In this document: piece after piece, positions 50,901 to 62,362 of the stretch
How the letters are laid out: each line of letters starts with the position of its first letter
Position numbering within the stretch: position 1 is the first letter of the stretch
Source: Eledone cirrhosa
Lineage: Eukaryota
Length of the DNA stretch: 64,000 nt
Direction: 5' to 3'
Assembly (NCBI GenBank): GCA_964016885.1
Contig: OZ024740.1
Span: 206,460,001 to 206,524,000 of the forward strand
Notes under the pieces: generated by a model
What the model saw: the letters and a program-made list of their open reading frames with translations, nothing else
The model's database searches: none
Told to the model about the DNA's origin: nothing
Translations under genes and position numbers: made by a program

Positions 50901-53900
50901 GATGAAGCTAGACAGATGAAGAAGAGGTAGATGAAGGTTGACAGATGAGGAAGAGGTAGATGAAGGTAGACAGATGAGGAAGAGGAAGATGAAGGTAGAC
51001 AGATGAGGAAGAGGAAGATGAAGGTAGACAGATGAGGAAGAGGTAGATGAAGGTAGACAGATGAGGGAGAGGTAGATGAAGATAGACAGATGAAGAAGAG
51101 GTAGATGAAGGTAGACAGATGAGGAAGAAGTAGATGAAGGTAGACAGATGTGGAAGAGGTAGATGAAGGTAGACAGATGTGGAAGAGGAAGATGAAGGTA
51201 GATAGATGAGGAAGAGGTAGATGAAGGTAGACAGATGAGGAAGAGGTAGATGAAGGTAGACAGATGTGGAAGAGGTGGATGAAGGTAGACAGATGAGGAA
51301 GAGGTAGATGAAGGTAGACAGATGAGGAAGAGGTAGATGAAGCTAGACAGATGAAGAAGAGGTAGATGAAGAAGAGGTAGATGAAGGTAGACAGATGAGG
51401 GAGAGGTAGGTGAAGGTAGACAGATGAGGAAGAGGTAGATGAAGGTAGACAGATGAGGAAGAGGTAGACAGATGTGGAAGAGGTAGATGAAGGTAGACAG
51501 ATGAGGGAGAGGTAGTTGAAGGTAGACAGATGAAGTTGAGGTAGATGAAGGTAGACAGATGAAGAAAATGTAGATGAAGGTAGTCAGATGTGGAAGAGGT
51601 AGATGAAGGTAGACAGATGAAGTAGAGGTAGATGAAGGTAGACAGATGAGGGAGAGGTAGATGAAGGTAGACAGATGAGTGAGAGGTAGATGAAGGTAGA
51701 CAGATGTGGAAGAGGTAGATGAAGGTAGACAGATGAGGGAGAGGTAGATGAAGGTAGACAGATGTGGAAGAGGTAGATGAAGGTAAACAGATGAAGGTAG
51801 ACAGATGTGGAAGAGGTAGATGAAGGTAAACAGATGAAGAGGTAGATGAAGGTAGACAGATGAAGAAGAGGTAGATGAAGGTAGACAGATGTGGAAGAGG
51901 GAGATTAAGGTAGACAGATGAGGGAGAGGTAGATGATGGTAGACAGATGAAGAAGAGGTAGATGAAGGTAGACAGATGAGGAAGATTTAGATGGAGGTAG
52001 AAAGATGAGAAAGAGGTAGATGAAGGTAGACAGATGAGGAAGAGGTAGATGAAGGTAGACAGATGAAGAAGAGGTAGATGAAGGTAGACATGTGGAAGAA
52101 GTACATGAAGGTAGACGGATGAGGTAGAGGTAGATGAAGGTAGACATGTGAAGAAGAGGTAGATGAAGGTAGACAGATGTGGAAGAGGTAGATGAAGGTA
52201 GACAGATGAAGAGTTAGATTAAGGTAGACAGATGTGGAAGAGGTAGATGAAGGTAGACAGATGTGGGAGAGGTTGATGAAGGTAGACAGATGAGGAAGAG
52301 GTAGACAGATGTGGAAGAGGTAGATGAAGGTAGACAGGTGAGGGAGAGGTAGATGAAGGTAGACAGATGAAGAAGAGGTAGAGGAAGGTAGACAGATGCG
52401 GGAGAGGTAGATGAAGCTAGACAGATGAATGTAGACAGATGAAGAGGTAGATGAAGGTAGACAGATGAGGGAGAGGTAGATGAAGGTACACAGATGAAGA
52501 AAAGGTAGATGAAGAAGAGGTAGATGAAGGTAGACAGATGAGTAAGAGGTAGACAGATGTGGAAGAGGTAGATGAAGGTAGACAGATGAGGGAGAGGTAG
52601 ATGAAGGTAGACAGATGTGGAAGAGGTAGATGAAGGTAGACAGATGGAGAAGAGGTAGATAAACGTAGACAGATGAGGGAGAGGTAGGTGAAGGTAGACA
52701 GATGATGAAGAGGTAGATGAAGGTAGACAGATGTGGAAGAGGTAGATGAAGGTAAACAGATGAAGAAGATGTAGATGAAGGTAGACAGATGAAGAAGAGG
52801 TAGATGAAGGTAGACAGATGAGGAAGAGGTAGATGAAGGTAGACAGATGAGGTAGAGGTATGTGAAGGTAGACAGATGTGGAAGAGGTAGATGAATGTAG
52901 ACAGATGTGGAAGAGGTAGATGAATGTAGACAGATGAGGAAGAGGTAGATGAAGGTAGACAGATGAGGAAGAGGTAGATGAAGGTAGACAGATGGAGAAG
53001 AGGTAGATGAAGGTAGACAGATGAGGGAGAGGTAGATGAAGGTAGACAGATGAAGAAGAGGTAGATGAAGGTAGACAGATGAAGAAGAGGTAGATGAAGG
53101 TAGACAGATGAGGAAGATTTAGATGAAGGTAGACAGATGAAGAAGAGGTAGATCAAGGTAGACAGATGAGGAAGAGGTAGATGAAGAAGAGGTAGATGAA
53201 GGTAAACAGATGAGGAAGAGGTAGATGAAGGTAGACAGATGAGGGAGAGGTAGATGAAGGTAGACAGATGAAGAGGTAGATGAAGGTAGACATATGTGGA
53301 AGAGGTAGATGAAGGTAGACAGATGAGGGAGAGGTAGATGAAGGTAGACAGATGAGGGAGAGGTAGATGAAGGTAGACAGATGAAGAAGAGGTAGATGAA
53401 GGTAGACAGATGAGGAAGAGGTAGATGAAGGTAGACAAATCAGGGAGAGGTAGATGAAGGTAGACAGATGAAGAAGAGGTAGACGGAAGAGGTAGATGAA
53501 GGTAGACAGACGAGGAAGAGGTAGATGAAGGTAGACAGATGAGGAAGAGGTAGATGAAGGTAGACAGATGAAGAAGAGGTAGATGAAGGTAGACAGATGA
53601 GGAAGAGGTAGATGAAGGTAGACAGATGAGGAAGAGGTAGATGAAGGTAGACAGATGAACAGAGGTAGATGAAGGTAGACAGATGAAGAAGAGGTAGATG
53701 AAGGTAGACAGATGAGGAAGAGGTAGATGAAGGTAGACAGATGAGGAAGAGGTAGATGAAGGTAGACAGAAGAGGGAGAGGTAGATGAAGGTAGACAGAT
53801 GAAGAAGAGGTAGATGAAGGTAGACAGATGAGGGAGAGGTAGACGAAGGTAGACAGATGTGGAAGAGGTAGATGAAGGTAGACAGATGAAGGTAGACAGA

Positions 53901-55676
53901 TGAGGAAGAGGTAGATAAAGGTAGACAGATGAGGAAGAAGTAGATCAATGTAGGCAGATGTGGAGAGGTAGATCAGATTAGACAGATGTGGGAGAGGTAG
54001 ATGAATGTAGACAGATGGAGAGGTAGGTGAAGGTAGACAGATGTGGAAGAGGTAGATGAAGGTAGACAGATGTGGAAGAGGTAGATGAAGGTAGACAGAT
54101 GTTGAAGAGGTAGATGAAGGTAGACAGATGAGGAAGATGAAGGTAGGCAGATGTGGAAGAGGTAGATGAAGGTAGGCAGATGTGGAAGAGGTAGATGAAG
54201 GTAGACAGATGTGGAAGAGGTAGATAAAGGTAGACAGATGAGGAAGAGGTAGATGAAGGTAGACAGAAGAGGAAGAGGTAGATGAAGGTAGACAGATGAG
54301 GAAGAGGTAGATGAAGGTAGACATGAGGAGGTAGATGAAGGTAGACAGATGAGGGAGAGGTAGATGAAGGTAGACAGATGAGGAAGAGGTAGATGAAGGT
54401 AGACAGATGAGGTAGAGGTAGATGAAGGTAGACAGATGACGAAGAGGTAGATAAAGGTAGACAGATGAGGAAGAGGTAGATCAATGTAGGCAGATGTGGA
54501 GAGGTAGATCAGAGTAGACAGATGTGGGAGAGGTAGATGAAAGTAGACAGATGGAGAGGTAGGTGAAGGTAGACAGATGAGGAAGAGGTAGAAGAAGGTA
54601 GACAGATGAGGAAAAGGTAGATGAAGGTAGACATGAGGAGGTAGATGAAGGTAGACAGATGAGGGAGAGGTAGATGAAGGTAGACAGATGAGGAAGAGGT
54701 AGATGAAGGTAGACAGATGAGGTAGAGGTAGATCAATGTATGCAGATGTGGAGAGGTAGATCAGAGTAGACAGATGAAGAAGAGGTAGATGAATGTAGAC
54801 AGATGGAGAGGTAGGTGAAGGTAGACAGATGTGGAAGAGGTAGATGAAGGTAGACAGATGTGGAAGAGGTAGATGAAGGTAGACAGATGTTGAAGAGGTA
54901 GATGAAGGTAGACAGATGAGGAAGATGAAGGTAGGCAGATGTGGAAGAGGTAGATGAAGGTAGGCAGATGTGGAAGAGGTAGATGAAGGTAGACAGATGT
55001 GGAAGAGGTAGAGAAAGGTAGACAGATGAGGAAGAGGTAGATGAAGGTAGACAGATATGGAAGAGGTAGATGAAGGTAGACAGATGAGGAAGAGGTAGAT
55101 GAAGGTAGACAGATGAGGAAAAGGTAGATGAAGGTAGACATGAGGAGGTAGATGAAGGTAGACAGATGAGGGAGAGGTAGATGAAGGTAGACAGATGAGG
55201 AAGAGGTAGATGAAGGTAGACAGATGAGGAAGAGGTAGATGAAGGTAGACAGATGCGGAAGAGGTAGATGAAGGTAGACAGATGAGGAAGAGGTAGATGA
55301 AGGTAGACAGATGAGGAAGAGGTAGATGAAGGTAGACAGATGAGGAAGAGGTAGATGAAGGTAGACAGATAAGGGAGAGGTAGATGAAGGTAGACAGATG
55401 AGGAAGAGGTAGATGAAGGCTGACAGATGAGGAAACGGTAGATGAAGGTAGACAGATGAGGAAGAGGTAGACATATGTGGAAGAGGTAGGTGGAGGTAAA
55501 CAGATGTGGAAGAGGTAGATCAGTGTAGACAGATGTGGAGAGGTAGATCAGAGTAGACAGATGTGGGAGAGGTAGTGAAGTTTGACCTTAGGAAGCTGAA
55601 CCTCATCGCAGAGATAACAAAGGACTGCAAATATTGGCAACATGCAGAACTGGAGATGTCTTACCTACTAGTATGA
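35930..55676 (+). mobile_element. Decayed RTE LINE split by the 29-bp satellite
   Basis: Left flank in one frame: [19 protein letters not shown]...GIGCSV**RRLH*HGHLMCMENNSCIMKCRGISIVGICGRGR*R*T. Right flank: GEVVKFDLRKLNLIAEITKDCKYWQHAELEMSYL. Together they are colinear with the C-terminus of the 797-aa ORF. Confidence 0.85.
36140..55575. repeat. 29-bp purine-rich satellite, ~19.4 kb (on the order of 700 units including shortened variants)
   Basis: Consensus GAGGTAGATGAAGGTAGACAGATG followed by a variable pentamer (AGGAA/AGGGA/AAGAA/TGGAA...), with interspersed deleted units. Confidence 0.98.
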
Positions 55677-56252
55677 AAATTGTGAGTGTGACCTGACCCA
55701 TCTCTGCACCCCTTCCATTGTTCCTTACTAACTAGTCCCATTATTCAGTATCATTCCTACCCCTTTTAAATTCAGTCATAGATCTTTAGTTCTCATCAGC
55801 AATGTGGACTTCTTTAATCAAACTCACCCCAACCCCTCGTTACATCAGCCTGTCATCACTTGTCATTAGCCTATTACATCATCCTCCCATAAGTCCTACC
55901 TATTGTCACTTAGGCATGACATCATCTCACTCTCACCCTATTTCCCTCACACTCAAACATAGCTCCGTCTCTCAATAAGGGTTGAGAAGGTTCTTCTGTC
56001 AAGTCAATGATTGATAACTTCCCTAGTGCTAGTGCCAAACACCCTGTAAAGTGGTTGATCTCAGGAATGGTTTCCAGCTTTAGAAGCCATGCCAAAAAAA
56101 GGTTGAGAAGACCTTTCAGTCATGACAGGACAACTTCTCTAGTGCTGTTGCCAGGAAAAATGCACCCAGTACACACTTTACCTGACAACCTACCTAGTGC
56201 TAATGCTATGGATAAAATATGCCCAGTACATTTTGTAGTTAATATATAAGAG

Positions 56253-56287
<35 letters not shown>

Positions 56288-57849
56288 CATGATGATGATT
56301 ATATATTTATATGTGTGTGTGTGTGTGTGTATATATATCATCATCATCATATGTATATTTGTAAACAACACTGATTTGTTTACAAATCATAGGGCAAATT
56401 CGAAAATAATTTTTCTTTTGAAAAGCTGCTCTAATTCTGATGAACTATAAACAATTATGTTGGGTAAATTACTTCTGCATATGACATAATCGTTTCTGAG
56501 AATAGTCGATAGACATGTTGTTCAATTCCTGCAGAATACTCGGTTCAGGGGTTACTTACCTGACTTAATTTATACTATCATTTATAGTTCATCTCTTGTT
56601 TCCAAACTAGCAAATTGATATTTGTCCTTACAACCACTTTCTAGGCACATTAGGCCTAGCTACTGTACCATTTCACTAGGTAATAGATTTGTGATAGGTC
56701 GTTCTGTAGGAATACTCGGCTTTATGTTATAATTCTTTATTGTCTCTTCTATAATCTAATAGATGTCACTTAGTGCTGTTTGACAGTTTTACCTTAGAGA
56801 GGGTTCTATTAACTTTCACACCTACCTTCTCTTCTCTTTTATTTGAAAGTTTTACCTTAGCAAACCATGATAAAAAAGCATCCCAAAATGGGGAGGAATG
56901 AGGCAAAATGGGGAGATTTGACATGATGAAAACCATATCCATTTTCACAAGAGAAGACATCTCTCACCCTGTCGGATGGGGGAAAGTTGACAGGTCTGCC
57001 TTAGAGAGGGTCCTATTAACTTCCATGCCTACCTTCCCTTGTCTTTTATTTGTAAATCAGTCTCATCCTAAACCTAAAGTCACTAACCTCTAATACAAGT
57101 CTCATTTTCAGATAATTACAAAAACTACCTGTTTTTCCTGCATACCTGAATGCCAGCTTATCTGTTGGTTGAGTGACTTTATGGAATTTCTATTGCAAAT
57201 AGTCCATTTCTACTTCAGAACTTTACATGTCTGAATCTTTATTTCTTGTACATCATCATCATCATCATTTAACATGCATTTTCCCTGCTAGCAAGCATTA
57301 GATGGGTTGTCACAGACCAAGTCAGTACTTAATCAGAGCTACTGACCTCTCCAATGAATGTGGATGGGGTCACATCTCATGTTTCCACACTCTTCTGAGT
57401 GCATGTATGAAATCATGGGCATATTGTAAACATGGTAACATGAAGGAAAAGACGGGTGGGAGTAATCTCAGATCGCTTGAAGGGAGGGCTACAGGGATGA
57501 TGGGAATAGTTACTAATGGGTGATGATAGGGGGATATGGAAAGGCCAGAGGTCATATTTGCTATATGGTTGTGGCATAATAATATAGGATAAAGTGTTTG
57601 TGTGTAGTGGTGATGATGAGAATAGATGGGGTTGGTAGTGAATGGGTCAGTTCACATCTGTGCAGGTCTATGAAGTCTTGATAACCACAGCCATATCTAT
57701 AGAAGATAATCAGCAGAATCTTACAGAAGTGACTGGGACTACCCCAAATCCTCACTAACTTTGTCCTGTATGGGGATAACAAATTGAAGCTCCCCATCAA
57801 CATCTTGAAGGAGTTTACAATAACCTGTACTAAGGAGATTCTGTAATAC

Positions 57850-58510
57850 CAAGAGTCATCTCTTACAGATGCAACCATTTGATGGACCATGTTATGAAAG
57901 TTACAGAAAAAGTTGTTGCACAATTGATGAGATGCTGATTGGTTTTGTATACATTCAGTGCCATCTCTCTAGTGACATAACTTCCAAAGAAGTATTAAGC
58001 AAGGAGTAAGTCCCTATACTTAGCATTCGTTGCTCTGGAGAAGGTCTTTGACTGAGTTCCATGTTCTGTAATTTGATGGTTATCAAGGAAGCTCGGGCTT
58101 TGTGAAAGGCTTGTGAGGGCTGTACAAGTCATGCACAGAAGTATAGCCAGCAGATGAGTTGGCAATGAGTTCAGTGATGAAATTACTACCAAGTCTTACT
58201 CCGTTCCTGTCTTCCAGTCCATAAAGGAGTTCAAGACCAGATTTCTGTAGGAACTGTGCAGAATCTGTAGATTTAGAGAAGAAATTCCAGTCATGGAAGT
58301 AAAGCTTAAATTCAAAAGACCTCAAAATAAATTTAGCAAAGACAAAAGTTTTAGTAAGTAGGAAAGAATACAGCTCCTGCTGCCATCAAGGAAAAAGCTG
58401 TGCTTGACATACATTAAAGGAGTTGGTAGAAACTCCATACAGTGTACCCAGTGTGTACAATGTAGGCACAAGAGATGTAGTGTAGATTTCGTTTGTGGTA
58501 GATGCACTGG
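57850..58510 (+). mobile_element. Heavily decayed RTE RT fragment
   Basis: DHVMKVTEKVVAQL, KSLYLAFVALEKVFD*VP, LEKKFQSWK and KGVGRNSIQCTQC..C.HKRCS remnants. Confidence 0.75.
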
Positions 58511-59847
58511 AGAGAGTGTTATGTCCTTATGTCTAAACAGTCCTTTTAAACATAGGTTATCCCTGCTTGATTACCATCCACTTTACAAAGTGTACTGGGT
58601 GCATTTCATTTTTGTACCCGCATTAGATAAGTTACCATGCCCACATAAAAGCAAAATACTTAGAAGCATTTAGTTACTACCTTTTACATTATGAGATCAA
58701 ATCTCACTGAGGTCAACTTGGTCTTTCATCTTCACAACGTGAATAAAAAAAATCAAGTACTATTCTGGGGTTGGTGTAGTGAACATTCCTTTCCCCTTGT
58801 GCCTAAATTTACTGACACAGTAATGTATCAACAAAGTAAAAGAGAACTCAATACCTCAGGTAGAGTAAATATTTAATATGTAGGGTTATATGCAAGCTTA
58901 CAGCAAGCATTTTGAGACTCAGTTCCACATCTCTTCCATAGATAATCTTTAGATAGAATTATTCATCATCATCGTTTTATGTCTGTTTTTCCACAGCTGG
59001 TGAAATGAATATTATTTCTCTATCAACGTCCTCTCTAATTTTTCCTCACCATTCCATGGAACTTTTGATGCTTTGAGCAAAATTATTATAAATTTAAAGC
59101 TACTGCGTTGCAACATTTTGATGTGCATGACACCAACACAGGGGTTGCATGGCTGCGTTCTTGTACAGCTTAGAGGAAATGCTGCTCTTCATACATTCTC
59201 ATGCAAGGTATTATATGCATTTATAGAAATCACGAGAAATATACCAATTTGTCAATATATATGTGCAAACATCACACACATATACACACACACATACACA
59301 CACACACACACATGTACACACTGCTTCTCCAACTTGTATACATATGTGTTGTTAGATGTATAAGTATCTATAATGATCAGCCTGAAGCAGCAGTCTGCTG
59401 CTGTTGTTGCTTGTGCTGTCTTTCCTCTGACTTCAGTCAGCCTGTCTTAACTGAAACTGCAGCATGCAGTTGTTTTTCTCTGCAGAAATGAAAGGAGTGG
59501 AATGATATGAGATTTCAGATGTCTTCTACTGAATCATTCTCCTTTTCCACTGTCTCACCAGTTTTCCTGTTGTGAGGGAGTGGTATTTCTGTGATTCTAA
59601 TATCTTTTTCACAGAGCAAACCATCAAAATGAAATTAGAAAATACTGACAGAAACATTTTATATATGGGCAGAATATGATGAAATAGTGGATTAAATTAA
59701 AAAGATTTTCATCTGAGATAAATTTGAACAAATTTGTGCTCTGTTTATTGAATTTTCTTCTTGAGAGCTGTTTGCTTTCATGGTGTTTTGTGGTCATGTT
59801 ATATTTTGTCACAGATGCAGGCACCCACACTCTCTCCCTCTCATTCT

Positions 59848-59851
<4 letters not shown>

Positions 59852-59883
<32 letters not shown>

Positions 59884-59917
59884 AGCTCTCTCTCTCTCCC
59901 TAGCTCTCTCTCTCCCT

Positions 59918-59986
<69 letters not shown>
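59852..59986. repeat. (TC)n tract with recurrent CCTAGC interruptions
   Basis: Direct reading. Confidence 0.9.
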
Positions 59987-59989
<3 letters not shown>

Positions 59990-60427
59990 TTTTGTATTTA
60001 TTTATTCATTCTTTCTATTTTAATCTCCTTTTCTCTCTAAAATACATGCAGTAAGATATTTAGACATGACAGAAGATGATTTAAATCTTTCTTTTTGTCT
60101 TTTGATATACACACACACACATGCATACTATACACACTACTTACCTAACTATTTAACTAATTATTGGATTCATTTATTAGACTGCGACCATGCTGGGAAT
60201 TGCCTTAAAGAAATTTAGTTGATTATATTGCGCCCATCACATATTTTTTTCAAGTCTGGTATTTATTTTATTGAGCTCTTATTGTTGAACTAAGTTACGT
60301 CGCAAAAACAAACAAAAAGGTAAAACACACACACACACACACATACACATATATAAATCCTTGCTAACAGGGAAAAGGATATTAAATGATGATACAAACT
60401 TCTTAACATCAGCTGTCATGTCTGCAC

Positions 60428-60515
<88 letters not shown>

Positions 60516-60557
60516 TATATATACATTTAACCCCCTCCCTCCCCCCCCTCTCTCTCT

Positions 60558-61002
60558 ACTAGACCTGAAAAATGCGCAAGCTCAAAAGAGCCACAGAATG
60601 TTATAATAAACCTTCAAAAGTGTGGGACTAGAGTTGTTGCTCAAAAATATTGTAATCATTATCTATCGTACACTCTGTGGCATCCTTTTATAAAAAAGAG
60701 ACTCATAACGAACTCAAGATGACATGATAATTATTTAAGCTAATGTTCAATATCTCATATTAGATGTTTAGTAATGATTAATATGAAATGCACTTAAACC
60801 GATTCTATATTATAAATTCACTTAAATAATTATCGTGTCATCTTGAGTTCGTTATGAGTCTCTTTTTTATAAAAGGATGCCACAGAGTGTACAATAGATA
60901 ATGATTACAATATTTTTGAGCAACAACTCTAGTCCCACACTTTTGAAGGTTTATTATAACATTCTGTGGCTCTTTTGAGCTTGCGCATTTTTCAGGTCTA
61001 GT
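60558..61002. repeat. Inverted repeat with 182-bp arms and 81-bp spacer (foldback/MITE-like)
   Basis: Arms 60558-60739 and 60821-61002 are reverse complements, with about two mismatches seen. Confidence 0.95.
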
Positions 61003-61131
61003 TTAATATTTTTTAAAAATAATAACTCTAGTTAAACATGATATATATTAATAATAAATTATCGTTGTAATGTAATTAGATTATATAATTGTTATTTTAT
61101 AAATGATCTTATAAATATTATTGTAAGATGT

Positions 61132-62362
61132 CATCATCATCATCATCGTTTAACGTCCATTTTCCACGCTAGCATGGGTCTGGACGGGAATTGTCCCACT
61201 TGAGGCAAGATTGGTTGTCTTGCTCAGGACTGTCTGGCAGGTTTTCTACGGCTGGATGCCCTTCCTAACACCAACCACATTTACAGTGTGGACTGGGAGG
61301 TTTTTACTGTGTTACCTACATGGCCACATTACAGCGTGGACTGTGTTTTATTGTCGTGACACCTACACGTCTGGCGGGTTTTCTACGGCTGGGTGCCCTT
61401 CCCTACACCAACCACGTTTACAGTGTGTACTGGGAGGTTTTTACCGTGTTACCTACACGGCCACATTACAGCGTGGACTGTGTCTTTTTTTGTCGTGACA
61501 CAACCTCATTTGTTTCGGACTGGATGTTGTGGTACAAACATAACTTCACATTTAAGGGGGTGGTGTGGATGGGGTGGGGGTAGTGGGACGAGGGTGTATT
61601 TTGTTAGAAGTGCCTACTGACTAGGTTTCGCTTTGTACTTAGGCAAGGCGGGTCTTCTGTATTACTGTGTAGCGCCAACGATCTCGGTCCAGTGACATTG
61701 TCTTGGAGAGGTGTAAGTGTGAGGTCGGAATTTATCAAGTCGTCCCAGGTTTTTCTGGGTCTGCCTACTCCGTGGCTACCGTCTATTTTTATCGCCCTGC
61801 ACTTTTTTATACAGCTGTCGTCTTTCATGCGCATCACGTGACCGTACCAACGTAGTCTTCTCTCGAGTAAACAACATCTGATCCCTCTTATTTCTAATTT
61901 TTCCCTTAGTTCGTTTAAGCTTTGCCGTTCACGTATATTACTATTACACATCCAACGGAGCATGCAAGCTTCGTTCCTCTCCAGTCTGCGTATATCCTCT
62001 GCACACAATGCCCAGGTTTCACTGCCATGTAACATTGCTGTTCGTATGCAGGCATCATACAGCCTGCCTTTTATTTTTAGAGAGAACCCTTTAGCGGCCA
62101 ATAGTGGTATAAGCTCTCTGAACTTTTTCCATCCCGTTCTGACTCTAGCTACTGTACTTTCAGAGCACCCTCCCCCACTGCTGATTTTGTCACCCAGGTA
62201 ACGGAAGGTGTCCACTATTTCTATAGAACCATCTGTGCAATGGAATGAGCTAGTATTCTGTGGGCACTTGCTGCTACTTATTGCACCAGAGCACCGGCCA
62301 CATATAAAATCTATATTCTTAGTTAGCTTACCTGTGATCCCACTACTTCTTTTATGCACCCA
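61132..62362 (-). mobile_element. RTE LINE, 5'-truncated inside the PHD-like finger
   Basis: ORF 61604-62359 matches the C-terminal third of the 797-aa ORF. It has a (CAT)n tail on the + strand and a 137-bp duplication in the UTR. Confidence 0.95.

Noticed and set aside
36009-55474. Very long minus-strand ORFs (PSSTSSSSVYLHLPLPHLSTFIYLFLICL)n
   Set aside because: The 29-bp unit lacks TTA/CTA/TCA on the + strand, so all three minus frames stay open. Frequent non-triplet indels indicate no coding constraint.
7310-55575. CRISPR-like or telomeric interpretation of the two arrays
   Set aside because: There are no unique spacers and no cas genes, the context is eukaryotic, the units are contiguous tandem repeats, and there is no TTAGGG-type repeat.
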